DNA of 64,000 nucleotides from Moniliella sp. 'wahieum' (Eukaryota), in contig RSEE01000129.1 in NCBI GenBank assembly GCA_003971905.1, forward strand, positions 1 to 64,000, in the 5' to 3' direction. The notes beneath the pieces are model-generated. The model made no database searches. It saw only the letters and a program-made list of their open reading frames with translations, and was not told the origin of the DNA. Both the position numbers and the translations under genes were made by a program. Below, piece by piece: positions 23,952 through 37,687 of the stretch. Within the stretch, counting starts at the first letter, position 1; each line of letters opens with the position of its first letter.

Positions 23952-26918
23952 ATGAGCCGCCTGCAGCACTACGCGCCGGGGGGGGACTACCAGTCCCATG
24001 CGGAAGTCTCTTCATTGTCCGTGGCCGCGGTCTCCCGCCGCCGCCGGCACCGTCCGCAGTGCAGCACCCTCCGTCGTTCGCGCCGTACAGCAGTCCCAGG
24101 CGCAGCCCAGATGGCAGTCCTCATCCGTCTCACAGCGTTGCCTCTCTCTCGTCCGTATGGCTACCACGGTGCCTCGTCCGTGATGGGCTATGGCGAGGGC
24201 TATGACCACGATGCTCAGCATACACTATCAGAAAAATGCCCCGTTGGAGGAGTTGGAGTCGATCAAGGCCCTGTATTACCATCCCCCAGCGCCGCGCCAA
24301 GTGTTGTACAGGTATGTTTCATCCGATCGCTATTACCCCCTCAGTTATTGGGTTAGTTACTGACTGACGTCTCCCCTTCATTACTACCCCGCTGTAGCCT
24401 GTGCGATGGACCGATGCCCCACTCCACAGAGTCCAGCACGACGCTTTATGACTAACGATCGGGTCTTAGTACGACCGACCTGATCCCAGATGACAGTGCG
24501 TCGGAGGTAGAGTCGCAGGTGGCTGGGCACAACGGCAAAACCTGCCCCGGCGGGGGACGACTCGCCGGGTCAAGCTCACCAAAGGACACTGGATTGTCGA
24601 GCACCAGGTGCCCACTGCGATTCTCAACTCGTTTGAGCCCACTGGACGCAAGGGAATAAGACGTCCGAGTTTACCCACATGCGCTACACGGCGGCTACGT
24701 GTGATCCGGACGATTTTACCAAGGACAAGGGCTGGACGTTACGCGCTTCCGATATGTACGGACGCGACACGGAGCTGTTGATCGCCATCACATATTACAA
24801 TGAGGACCGCATTTTGGTCGCTCGTACCCTGCATGGCGTGATGCTCAACATTCGCGACATTTGCAAGTCCAAGTCGTCCAAGTTCTGGCGCGCCGTTCCG
24901 CCGAAGAAGGCCGGCCAGGCTGGCAGCGAATCGTCGTCTCACTTATCTTTGACGGAATTGACCCGTGCGACAAGGGGTGCTGGATTTGATGTCGACAGTG
25001 GGCGTGTACCAGGATGGGGTGATGAAACGGGAGGTCGATGGGAAAGAAACGGTTGCGCACATCTTCGAATACACCACCCAACTCTCTGTCGATCCCAAAC
25101 CTTCTCTCGTTCAACCCCATGGCACTGACGAGGCGAACCTTGTTCCGGTCCAGATGATCTCTGTCTCAAGCAGAAGAATTCCAAAAAGATCAACTCGCAC
25201 CGCTGGCTTTTCAATGCGTTTGGTCGCCACCTTGAACCAGAGATGTGCATCCTGTTAGATGCAGGGACCAAGCCAAGCCCCAAAAGTCTGTATTACCTGT
25301 GGGAAGCCATGTACAACAATCCTAATCTTGGAGGATGTTGCGGTGAGATTCACGCGATGGTCAAGGGCGGACGGAAGTTGTTGAACCCACTTGTTGCCGC
25401 CCAAAATTTTGAGTACAAGATGAGCAATATCCTGGACAAACCCTGAAAGTGTCTTTGGTTACGTCTCCGTCCTGCCCGGTGCATTCAGTGCCTACCGCTA
25501 CCGCGCCATTCAAGATCGTCCCTTGCAGCAATATTTCCATGGCGACCATACGTTGGCCGACCGGTTGGGAAAGAAAGGCGTGCACGGGATGAATATTTTT
25601 ACCAAGAATATGTTCTTGGCTGAAGACCGGATCTTGTGTTTCGAGCTGGTCTTCAAGCAGGGGAATCGTTGGACACTGGGGTACGTCAAAAAGCCAAAGG
25701 TGAAACAGACGTGCCGGAGGGTGCCGCCGAGCTGATCAGCCAGCGCCGTCGCTGGCTTAACGGTTCCTTTGCTGCCTCGGTCTACTCTTTAATCCATTTT
25801 CGGAAAGTGTACCAAACGCACCACAACTTCATCCGCATCTTTTCCTTCACATTCAAGCGATTTACAACATTGTCGTCCTTTTCATTACTTGGTTTGCACT
25901 GGCCAACTACTGGCTCACCTTCTCCATCATCATTGGTTTTCTCCCGGACAACATTCTGCATTCGTCGAGCGAAACGGTGCTCGCGGGGCTCCACTGGTTC
26001 AACCTTGGGTGCGAATGGGTGTATGTTTTTTTCTTGATCCTTCAGTTTGTTCTCGCACTCGGAAACCGTCCCAAAGCGGAGGCGCGTCTCTACATTCTTT
26101 CCTTCGTTGTGTTTGCTTTTATGAGCACGTACCTCATTGTCGTCTCGCTCTGGCTCACGGTCAATATGCTGCAAAATCTCAAGCAGCAGATCGATGGTGC
26201 CCACTCGTTTTGGTCATCATAGCCAATGCGCAATCCACCACGGTGCTGATTGCCAGTTTGATCGCTACGATTGGTGTTTATCTCGTTGCTTCACTCATGT
26301 ATCTCGACCCATGGCACATGATCACCTCCTTCCCTCAGTACATGGCCATTGCCCCAAGCCTGATCAACATCCTCAACGTCTACGCCTTTTGCAACCTGCA
26401 CGATGTGAGTTGGGGCACAAAGGGAGCAGACAAGGCGGATGTGCTGCCGTCGTGGACACGAAAAAGGCCATGGCGGTGGATGGGACGGTGGAGGAGGTGG
26501 TACAAGAACAGAAAGACATTGATGCCACTTTTCGCGAGGTGGTGCTGCGTAGTTGCGCCTTTAGTGATGGAAGAGCACAAGGAAAAGCCACTATGGACGA
26601 CAGCAACAGATGTTCCGCACACGTCTCGTCATTTTTTGGATCTTAAGCAATGGTGCGCTGATCATCACGATCCAATACCTATCAGGACTGCACTACAACC
26701 AAACCGACAAGCAGATACAGGCCGAAGAACAAAGAACCAAGGATACTACTTTAAGGCACGTCTACTTTCTATGCGTCCGAACTACACACCACTAACATCT
26801 GTTTTTACACCTTCTGTAGGCTTTGCTCTGGACTACTTTTGGGATTTCGTTTCAAGTTCTGTGGTTCTTGGTCTTTTGGGCCACAAGGCTCATCCGGATG
26901 CCGTGCCGAAAGTCCTGA
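23952..26918 (+). CDS. Chitin synthase, class III
   Basis: [77 protein letters not shown] (25741-25755), [10 protein letters not shown]. Introns ~24312-24397 and ~26756-26819. Confidence 0.95.
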
Positions 26919-27632
26919 TCTTCTTCTTGCCTGCTGACACCTCGGGGGGCTACATGCATATGCGTGACCCCCTCGCACCCGTCCCTTTTGGCCCCACGAT
27001 CACTTTTTCACCCTGCGTCAACAGCCGCTTCACCAACACAATATGGGATGCCCCCTTCTTCTGCACTGGGTGACACCATGCCCTCTGTCTCCTTTTCTAG
27101 CTCTTCCACCCCCTCCCCTTGCCCTACATTCGTTCTCGTCGCTTACTCGCTCTCTCATCACATCCACACGCTCGTACGGGTGCATACGGCTCGCACCCTC
27201 CCGCTCCCTCACAATCGCTGCACACATCACCTCAATTGTCACGTAGAAAACAACTTCCCAGCGCAGACCGAGAAGTCGTGCTTAACGTTCAACACTCTCA
27301 GCAGCGCTCTGCGCACACTCTCGCACACACCCGGCCCCATTTCCTTCCCTCCTTCCGGCTCTCTTCGACCCCTGTCCCTTACCTGGCTCGTCTCTCTTTT
27401 CAATGTTCCTGGCTGTCGATCCCCTGGTTTATCAAACAAACAAAAACATGCTGTTTTCAGTTTTGTGCATTCTTTTGCGATCCCAGTGAGGTTGCCTTGC
27501 CCCCCCCTTCTCTGTCGCTCTCTCCCATTGTTAGGGGGCGCTCCGGTTTTCTCGGGACGCCGAGCCCCCATGTCGTAGATCTCATCCAAACAAGTGTCAC
27601 GCGTCAGTCCCGTTAGATAGCTAGCGAGAGAG

Positions 27633-28671
27633 TGTCAGAAGGAACCATATCCATGCCGCGGATACTGTCCGCGGAGAGCCAAAAGGGCGAACCGGACTTA
27701 CAGTACAAAGCTTCGTATCTGCGGTGCCGGTCTTGGCAGGACCCTACACCTACTGTGGCCCATCGGATCGCGGCTTGTGGCAGAACAGAAAGCGCTTTGC
27801 CTCTTACTACTGTAGATCCCCTCTTTATACTCCCTGTCTTGAGGCACTTGAGGCCTGGTTCCTCCTGATATAAGCAGCCAGGTCTAAGGCTTGCTATAGC
27901 TGTAGTCCATAATAGGAGATGGAGGTGGGGGAAAGGATGAGGCTGAGGTATATATGCCTCGGAGAAGAAGCACTGCGAGCTGAATCACACGGAGGAAGAA
28001 GGGGAGCATAGTCCAAAGGGGGAAAACAGGGTCTAGAAACAAATTAGGGACCAGTCAACTTGGTGATCAAACGGTGATCAATGGGCTGATCCCGACCAGT
28101 CCTTATCGACCATCCTGTCTTTGGTCTCCTCGACTTCCCGTTCCTCTCTGGGAAGCCCCTTCCACTTCTATACTACCCTTACGAATTTACGACTCCCGTC
28201 GAGTCCGCTGCAAGCCGCGGTTACTCTTAGTAGCGCTTGCTCTTCTTTAGGACCCCCTCTGATTCCGCGAAGTACTACAGCGCGTCGAGTTTAGTGACGC
28301 TGCCGGTCCCACAGCGTTACCGGTTACCCCGGAGCTCCTGGACCGCTTCAACTGGTCCGAGACGACCTACGTACGCGGCTCCTGCCTCGGGGGTCTGAGC
28401 TGCGGCCTTTGCATGCAGACAGCCACCCAAACAGTAGGGTGTCTCTCCCTCGCCTCTACACACCGCTCGGTTCAGCCAGATCTGAGGCAGGACCCTAAGT
28501 ACGAGACTCCGATCGGCCTACGAGGGTTTATACCTACCCTAAACTACAGGGCACCCATGCTCTCTCCATGTCGGATCGCCGCTCGCATGGGTGCCTAACG
28601 CGCAACACCGGACTGGGTGTATCGAGTATCGAGCGTCGCGTATCCCTGTCCGATCACATGCAGACTTGACA
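27633..28671 (+). mobile_element. Solo LTR-like repeat, copy A
   Basis: Starts TGTCA and has TGACA near 28667-28671, with TATA-like GATATAAG at ~27868. Long stretches are similar to 46885-47647 (CTTACGAATTTACGACT..TGCAAGCCGCGGTTACTCT). No TSD found and the right end is uncertain. Confidence 0.65.
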
Positions 28672-29497
28672 TACCAAAAAGACACCCGTCGCATCCTACT
28701 CGACAGTATTTATAGCTGCGCCCTGCGGCCTGCCAGCTCCCACGTGATCGCGTGACGCGTCCCAATCCCGCAGGACGCGCTGGCGGAAGCCCGGCAACCA
28801 GCGCAAGGGGCCAGGCGGGGGAGCATGTCGAGTCAATGTTAGCAGCACAGTTCTGTGACAATGTGGCATGCATGACATGGCTTGTGCCATGCATCATGCA
28901 TCATTGATTCGCATGGGGCTGCGGGCTGCGGACCTGCTCGGGCTGTGCGAGCTTGCGGCCAAAGCCCCTTGACCGGTGACCGGTGACCGGTGACTAGCTT
29001 GAGCTTGTCTGTGACGAACGGACACATGGTCGATGGCCAGGGTCACCGGTCACTACTCAATGATTAATGATTTCATGATCTCAGATCCCAATGGTCATCG
29101 GCATGGATGCCTTGATCACCCCGATTGCATCCAGGCACTGGGCGTGTGTTAGGCGAGCTGGGCGTGGCGCGTGCTGGGCTGGGCTTGGCCGCAGCCACAC
29201 TGGCCTCCGTTCTGCTGCCAGGCGGCGTTCGACCGACGTTCGATGCATGGGTTGAGGCACTGGCGGGCACACGCTGCACAGCACCGCCCAGCCCCCCTTC
29301 ATTGTACCGCGTCTGCGGCACTCCGCCGCCAGCGCCAGCAGCACAGCTCCGTGCAGCCGCCACGGAAGCGAGGAGCTCCCTGCTGGTTACGCGGTACCGT
29401 GACCAGTTCCTAGTTGCGGGCCACACCAGTCGCCCCCTCGCCTCGGTCCACTCAGCGCTTCCCTTGCCTTCGCTCCTCCAGCTCCCAACCACGCTTC

Positions 29498-31431
29498 CAT
29501 GGCTGTCCTTGCGCGCGCAACCCCGCGCCTCCGCCCCGCGCCCTGCGCCCCCGCCAGGCCCCCGCCCTCGCCCGCGCTGCCAGCGCCTCGACAGGCACCG
29601 ACACCACCCCGACCTCCCCGACGGCGGCTCGGGCGACACCTCCACCGACCCCGGCTCCGGTGGCCAGCACACCTCCACCAACGCCGACGGTGGCAGCGGC
29701 GGCACCACCACCGCAGCAACGATGGCGGCAGTGGCGGTACCACTACCGGCGACACTGGCGGCGACGATCCCACCTCCACCACCCTGGCACACCACTGGCC
29801 ACCCGACCACTACCGATGGCAGCGGCAGTGGCGGCACCACCACTGGCCCCTCCCCCAGCACAAGCCCCACCCCAGGCAATGGAGGGAGCGGTAGCGGCAG
29901 CGGCAGCGGCAACGGCAGCGGCAATGGCAATGGCAACGGCAACACCTCTACCGATCAAACCTCTTAATCCCCCACCACTCAGTCCCAACCTCCATCCACG
30001 TCGCCTTCTGACAACCCACCGCCCAGCACGTCCCCTTCCACCCAGGGCGGGCAGACGAGGAGCACCATCACCACCCAGGTTACTGTTACACCAACTGAGT
30101 CTAGCTCCCCCACCCAGACGACGGTGATTGTCACCACCAGTACCCCGTCTGTGCCGACCACGACACAGCAGACCCGTTCGACTTCGTATGAGACCACGTC
30201 GAGATCTTCCTTTGTCACGGATACGGTACCTCCACCTCTCATTCGACTCCTCCGTAGGTTTTTCTTTTGCTTTTTCTTCTTCTTCCCCCAGTCTGCCTAC
30301 TGACACCTCACCCTTGTCTGCCCCTCATATCATCTGTTCCACAGCCCAACGACCACAGGCAAGAGCGTTGTGACCTCTGTCAAACAGATCACGATCACCT
30401 CCTCGCTGAACAACGGGTACACCACCATCACATCGTCTAGTACGTTTTACGCCCAGAGCACCGCCACTGGTTCGACAGGATTCTTCTCCAATCACGGTGC
30501 TGTCGGCGGCACATTTGCTGCCGTTGGCGTGGTTGCATGCGTCTTGCTTGGTCTGTTGGTGTGGCTTTTGGTTCGGAAGCGCAAGCAGCACCGCATGGAC
30601 GCAGACATCGTGGCAGCCACCACAGCCGGCGCAGCTGCCACACGCCAGCCGTTTGACGATGACGATGACGATGACGACGACTATGAGTTGGAGGACACCG
30701 AGATGGAGCAGCACGGTGGTGCTGGGTCGGATGGGCGGTATGCGAGTGGCCTGTTGGTGCCCTCAGCGGGAACTGGGCCACAAGGTGCGTATGGCGACTA
30801 CGGTGCGTATGCTCACCCGGCCACACGGCAGGGATTCCCATCGGACGTGGCGGCCTACTCGAACCCCAGCTCAGCGCCGTACGGGCACGACCCGTATGCC
30901 ATGTACGGCTCCACCGGGTCGGAGGGTGCGGCGGGTGTCGGCGGCCGGAGCGGGCGTTGGGGAGGCAACGGGTCGGGTTCGCATGGCCCAACTGGATCCC
31001 ACACTCCTTCGGCCGAAGGGGGCTATTCGACGCCGGGCGAGTACCCCGAATACGGCAATCCCTACGGCTACCCAGTGCCGCAGGGCTACTACGGGCAGCA
31101 ACCTGGAGATGGGTACGGGCGATCTGCTGAAGAAGCGGCAGCAGCGCAGGCGTATGCAGGCCAGCAAGGGTCCTACTCGACGCACAGCACGCACATTGGG
31201 CCAGTCGCGCCAGCACGCCCGGGCGCCAGCTGGGTGGACATGCACTGTATTCGGACGCGGAAGTGCCGCTCGTGCTTCGGGTTCAACCCCGACGGAGGCC
31301 AGGCACATGTACAACACCAACCCATCCCCGAGACTGTGTCGGGCCCCACGACTGCCGATGCGGCGCACGTGATGTACTCGGACCAACACGAGGACGGCGA
31401 GTCGTTGACCAAAACGCACGGGTCGAGGTAA
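29498..31431 (+). CDS. Ser/Thr/Gly-rich single-pass membrane protein (Mid2/Wsc/Skg6-type cell-surface sensor)
   Basis: Long T/S/G-rich ectodomain, then GFFSNHGAVGGTFAAVGVVACVLLGLLVWLLV-RKRK and a Tyr/Gly/Pro-rich tail. Intron ~30225-30344. Start approximate. Confidence 0.75.
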
Positions 31432-32498
31432 CAGACTCGGTTTTGCCGTTCTCTCTTTCTTGCTCGTTCGCCTGCCTGTCGCAACGCGGCACCCATTTTG
31501 CTTCGTGTCTTCTATGTATTCCATTCCCTCGATGCTGTGCTCCCAACCCATCCCATGCCATCCACGCTGCCCTCGCCCTGACTGGCCTGTCGCTAAAGCA
31601 CTCTTTTACTGTTCTTGGGCTGTCGTTTTGCCATTCTCTGACTCGCACGCCATGTCGCCCAGCGGGTTGAGCCGGACCAGCCTGTGCTCGTTAATCATTG
31701 CGTATGCCCCATGGATTAGTGTACTGCCCTTTGCGCGCCGCAGCACCAGCTGGGCCCAGCACAATAGGATGGGAATGGGATGGGATGTGGTGGCGGAGCT
31801 GGCGGCGAGAGATCAATTAATGACGATAAGAGAGTATGACGATCTGCGTATGTTGGCACCGGATAGATGCGCCTGGCAGGCGCACAGCGTTTCTGTGTGT
31901 CCACTGGGTCGCCTTCGACGGTTAAGACATGCAATCATCACAACAGATATCGACTGTGGGGGGGCGATGCTGTTCAGACGGGGGGAAGGCTGGACGAGAC
32001 TGATTATCGATTAAGGATTAGAGATCGATTAGAGCCCACGCTCTGATGTGCTGTGGAGTGTCTTTGCTTGCAGTTCTCTTCGCAGCAGAGCGGGCTTAGC
32101 GCTAAGCCTTAGCTTAGCGCTTAGCACAAGTTACTAGCTACCCCAGGTGGATTAGGTAACGCACTCCAACGTGTTTCCTCAATTGACCCGCATTCCTGCG
32201 CGAGACGGGTGATGGTGGCGCAGCAGTAGAGCGCGGCCACATGCGGGTGCCACGGTCACAAGCCAGTCACGTGGCCACTGGCCCACTGGTAGTTTGAACA
32301 GCTGCAGGGGACATGGGATGGGATGGGATGTGGTGTGATGCACATGTGACTGCGCGGTGATGCCTGCCCAGGACTGCGTCCCACGCGCACCCTGTCCGCG
32401 TCGAGCAGTGGACCGGCGGTGAGTTCGTCCCCTCCCACCGCCGTCTTCTCGCCGCGCCGCTCAGTGGGCGTTGCCACCCTCGACCCGCGGGGACAGCC

Positions 32499-34802
32499 AT
32501 GACCAACCTCGTCCCGGCCGTCTGGCCCTGGCCGCTGCATTGCTCGTGTCCTCGCCGCCCCCGTCGACAGCCCCGACGGCACCGCCAGCGTCGCCCCGCC
32601 AGCGTCGAGCACGCCCCACCCCCGCCATGGGTCCAGCTCGACACCACTTCATTTCGTTCTTGTAGCGCATGGAGCATGGTACGTTTCTCCCTGCCTTCAC
32701 GCCTGTTGGCCTGCTGACCTGCTGACCTTGTCGTTTGCGGTGGCACACAGGCTGGTCGAGTTTGTTGACGCCAAGCACGAGAGCGAAAAGTTTGCTCCGA
32801 CCTGGGCCGAGCTGGCGCGCAACAAGCAGTCCTTGCGCACCGACTACCCGCTGCGCCCTTTGGGCTTGCACAGGTCGACTGCAAGTTGTTCATGAAGCTC
32901 TGTATGGAAGAAGACATCAAAGGCACTCCTTTTTCATTGCGTACCAAGATGGGGCCAAGTCCACCACTCCCTACATGGGTCCGCGCGACTACGCCTCTCT
33001 CGCCGCCTGGGTGGATGAGCAGGCAGCGGAATATCGCAAGGTGAAGGGTGTGCCTGACACTCCCTCATCAGCAACATCATCGCCCTTGCCATCGCCTTCG
33101 ACCTCACATCGCCCTCGACCTCCCTCGCCTTCAGCGTCGCCCTCGTATTCTCCGTCTTCTTCCTCTCCTTCATCCTCTTCAGCTTCCGCTCTGTCTTCCT
33201 CCTCATCGCCATCCCTCCCCGCCTCCTCCGACCCATCCCCCCACACTCCCTCATCCCTGTCCCAAGAGGAATCTTTCGGAGGGATCATTCTGCTCCCGCG
33301 CCCCCGCCGCACCGGCCCAGTCAATCGACCCTAATGGACCCAATCCAAAAGGGATCATGTTGCATTATGGCCAGGCGCCAATCCCAGATGAAGCGGCATT
33401 TTCTGCCTGGCTCTCCTCCACCGGCGGTCACGGCCCCAGCTTTGTCAGGTTCATGGCGCCCTGGTGCCCGCATTGCCGCCACATGGGCCCAGCATTTTAC
33501 AAGGCAAGCTCTTCGCTCCAAGGCCATGTGAATGTAATCGAGGTGGACTGTGAGGCGCACCAAGACGTGTGTCGTAAGTACCACGTTAACAGTTTCCCTA
33601 CGCTCCGCATGTACAAGGACGGCACTGCGACCGAGTACGTGGGTGGCCGATCGCATGACGCGATGGTTAAGTGGGCACTAAAGGCTGGCGCTTCTGCCCT
33701 CCATCCAATCGTCGCCTCTGAATTGGCCCAGTTGGCTAAGCAGCACGACATTTTCTTCCTCTATCTCTTTTCGCCCGGGACGAGGGACGAGGAACGGGTG
33801 AGTGCTTCCCCCCTCCCCACCCCCTGCTTGAAGCCACGGTACTAATCCCCACGTTTCTTTAAGACCCAAGTCAGGAATGCTACCTCGGTTTTGCTGGGAA
33901 AGGACACGTTTGCTTTGAGTCGTCCGATCCGGCCCTACTGGAGCACTACAGTTCCTATCTCACCCTGGTCAAGGGAGTGAGTTGGCGCGGCACTCTCTGT
34001 CGGGACTGTTGTGTTCAAGGACCACAATATCAAGACGCCGCACGCCAAGATGAACCTGGCCGCGTTGTCGAAGCAGGATCCTGTGGGCCAGATCCGATCG
34101 TGGGTACACAGCGAACGGTTTCCGAATGTGGTCGAGCTTGTTTCGACCAACTTTGCCGATGTCGTGTTCAACGATGCAGGGCTCAAGGTGGTTCTGGCTG
34201 CTGTGTCGGATGTGCACCATGGTGGGAACCTGGTGGAGAGGGCTCGGGATCTCGCGAACGAGAGTACGAATTGGCCATGTACCGCCAAGTCGCTGCTGAC
34301 TGGCGGTCGCAGCCACGCGACAACCAAATCCTGTTTCCTGGATCGACGCGGACCGGTGGGCTACCGCGATCAAGTCGTACTTCAACACGCGAGGGATCGA
34401 TCTTCCGAAACTATTCTTGGTGGATGGAGGAAAGATGGTGTACTACGAGCTGCCAAGTGACGCTGTAGCTGCTGCTCATGCTCGCCCCTGGGTTCACTCG
34501 GCCCCGGTGTTTGACCGTCTCGCTGCCATTCTGGCTGGTCAGGTTAAGCCAAGAGCATGGAGACGTACGTTGACCGCAGCATGCATGTCACCTCGTCGCT
34601 AATCGTCGTTTTGGTTGGCACCTACTTCCGTCACCCGTTCCTGGGCACCATCATCTTGCTTGCCTTGATTTACGGTGCCTTCCGATTCGTCACCCACTTC
34701 CAACGTGGTCGTCATGGTCTCTCCACCGACCGGAGATTGACCTCGCGCAGCGCATTGCCCCTGACCAAAGTGTCAGTGCTAGGCAAGTCCAAATCGGGCT
34801 AA
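32499..34802 (+). CDS. Membrane-anchored multi-thioredoxin PDI-family protein (Eps1-like)
   Basis: Degenerate first Trx domain (FAPTWAELA..AQVDC), second Trx domain FMAPWCPHC..IEVDC..SFPTLRMY, C-terminal TM helix and KxKxx ER-retrieval end (KSKSG*). Introns ~32679-32750 and ~33798-33863. Confidence 0.85.
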
Positions 34803-35607
34803 GGCGGAGCGTCGGTGCGGAACCATGTCCGATGTCCGGTCTGAGATCTGATGGGAGGGAAGTCGAAGCACATCCGCTTTGGGTAGCTCGTTGATTTTGT
34901 CATTCAATCAACCACCTTCCATTGCCACTTGGCCGCCGGGCTCACCCCTGTATCGGTGTTGCACCCGTACCTGCACAGCACTGATGATTCATGAGCAGAA
35001 GGATCCGAATGGCTGCGCAGAGGATAGTGGTCATGAAATAGGAGACGCGGATAATATAATTCTACCCCGAAGGCTGCATAATGTCAAGCATCGTGCGGGA
35101 ATGGCTGTAAGATTGCCGATTATAGCTGTCGCCCTTGGGGATGAATATGTCACTAGCCGTTACCACATATTTAGACCATAATGCACAACGGTAAGGCGCA
35201 GAGATTCACCAAGTTGGAAAGTACCCCAAACTCACCAAAGCCAGAACAAACTAGAAAGCCAGAACAGCAGCGATCACACACGTTGAATCCCCCCCTAACC
35301 CCGAATCCACTATTGACACTGAGCACATTGAGCAGTGAGTCTCCTAGTGAGTACTGAGTCCGTGAGTGGGACTACTCAACTCGGTGCCATCATTTATCAT
35401 TGTACTAAATGCACTGCTGAGGGGGATGAAAGGAGGCGACGGCTGGCAGTACGATTCACACAGGCTACGCCAAACGGGGCACGCGGTATCGGCTGGGACG
35501 TGAGTTGCGGTAGAAGACGACAGTGTGAGAAAAGGGTAGACAGAGCCTACGGGACCATGCTCGTGTTTCGTTCATACCCTGGGCAAGGCAATGTCACCCA
35601 ACACCGA

Positions 35608-37687
35608 CTATGTAGGCCACACCAGGCCAAATGGCATATGGACCCATTGCGAGGGCTCATAGCGGACTCGCCAGACGGGAGGGCCGAACGCCAAAGAAGA
35701 AAGCGAGGAAGCAAATCCCAGCGATAACAATAAGTGAGGGATATGGGAGAGATGGCAGGGGGGGGGTGGGGATGATTGTCCAGACTGATCAGGAAGAGTG
35801 ACGATAGAAAGGCGAGAGGTGGAGCGCCACAGGGAGAGGAGAAAACGACTTCGCCAGAAATTAGGCCTGAACCCTTTGGTCCTCTGAGACAGGAGAAGGG
35901 GGTAAGAAGGTGATCTTGGATGCTGATGCCGTGTCAGGGGATGCGTCATCGGAGTTGGTGTCCGAGAGGTACGCAAGGGAGGGTAGGACTCCGGGACCGG
36001 GCGCGGGACCGGAAGAAGAGCAACGTTTTCCGGGTAAGCAGGCCGAGTCTGTTCAATGTCGTGCAAAATGTCTTGGAAACACCACTCGACCGCCTCGGCC
36101 GCCCAAAAGTGGTCGCAATGTTCCGCCTCGGGCTGGCGTTTCCAGCGCAAGAGACGAACATGAGGTTCGTGGTGCTTGATTCGATCGATCACCGGCTGTG
36201 TCAACACCAAAAAGTCCATCCCGCCCGAAAAGATGGAGAGAGGGGGGAAGTCGGCTGTCCACCACGGTTCCGTGGTCGCTGGCAAGGCACATCCACGCGC
36301 TGCAAAGCCCCCCTTGCCCGTCCACCAATGGATGCTAGCACTGCTCACGGGTTGCGGAGCAAAGCGGAACATCTTGGCCTTACGGCGGGAGAGCCAGTTG
36401 GCATCGGTCCATTCGAACAGAAACGCAAACATTTCGTACCCCAGCCGAGCATAGGGCAGCGCAGGGGTCCAGTCGTAGGAGATGCGCATGAGTGGGATGT
36501 AGTCCAGCCAGCCAAACAGTTTACCCCAAGTGACGGGACCAATTAGTTGCAGCAGCGAAATGGGGAAAGATTGAGTTAGGGGTCCCGCATAAAGTGCCGG
36601 TGCCAGCGCTGTAAAACTGGACAAGTGACGCCCCAAAGCCGGGCAAAAGCCTCGGCTAAGCGCGAGAAACATGATCATGTTACCCTGCGAGTGACCAATG
36701 TAGGCCAGTTGGTCGTACCCCGTGTCGGCGCGGATCCAGTCAACCAAAGCGGGCAAATCATACTGCGCCAGATGCTCCACGGTCCAGTCCCAGAACTTGG
36801 GATCGGAACGAGAGTACCGCTCATGGCCCATATCGAACACGGCGCGATTGTTACCCAAGAACACTTGGTAGCCGCCCTGCCGTGCGAGCCAAAAAGCAAT
36901 GCTCCGCTCCTCGCTCGTCACAAACGAGCCGGACGACTGGAAGAGGCCATGCATGATCAGGACGGGGTAGCCGCCTTGGTGCACCATCCGATAGAAGGTG
37001 AGCGATCCATGCTGAGACAAGCAGCAAAGTCGAGACAGAGAGAGATGAAAACGAACGTACCTTTTCCATCTGCATGCTTCTCATGTGCCCGGGTGGGATC
37101 CACGACGCGGTGAAGGCGTAGGTGGTATCCATCTTTGGTAGTTACCGTCTCGTCGATGATGTCAAATCCACAGGAACGCGCATAGTAGCCCACATCTTTG
37201 ACCAGCTTCTCGTTTGCCCACCGTGCAGGCTGTTCCCACGCGTGCGCCGCGCCTGCCTTATTGGCCGGATCCTGATCGGGTGGGGTAGCAGTGCGCGAGT
37301 TGGCGGACGAGGGGGGGGCGTGGGTGTGGCAGCGGAAAGCAGGCCGCGCACATCCCATGCCGGGGCAAAGCGCTCGATGGCGCGGGTGAGCAGGGCCCAG
37401 ACGACAACGAGGATGAGAAGAGAGAGAGAGGAGAGGAGCGTGGCGACGAGCTGGGCCCGGTGAAAGCGGAGCTTGTCCGGCCACGTCGTATAGGGCCGCT
37501 GCACCAGCGCGGGCTGGGATGGAGAGGCAGCCATCGAGGGGCAGTGAGGCGCGGGGGACACGAGGGGAAGCGGAGCGCAGGCACGAGAAAGACGCGTCCG
37601 GGCAGACAGGGCCAGGGGCAGGGAGGCGAGGCCAGTGGGGGTAGAACAAAGTAAAGCCCTCTGAAGATTCCCAGTCGAGTGGAGCAT
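35608..37687 (-). CDS. Lipase / sterol esterase (Tgl1/Yeh-like alpha/beta hydrolase)
   Basis: VTTKDGYHLRLHRV, VLIMHGLFQSSG, VFLGNNR, YDLPALVD, nucleophile motif GHSQG, GGMDFL, EHCDHFWA, N-terminal TM segment. The C-terminus beyond ~36000 is uncertain. Confidence 0.9.
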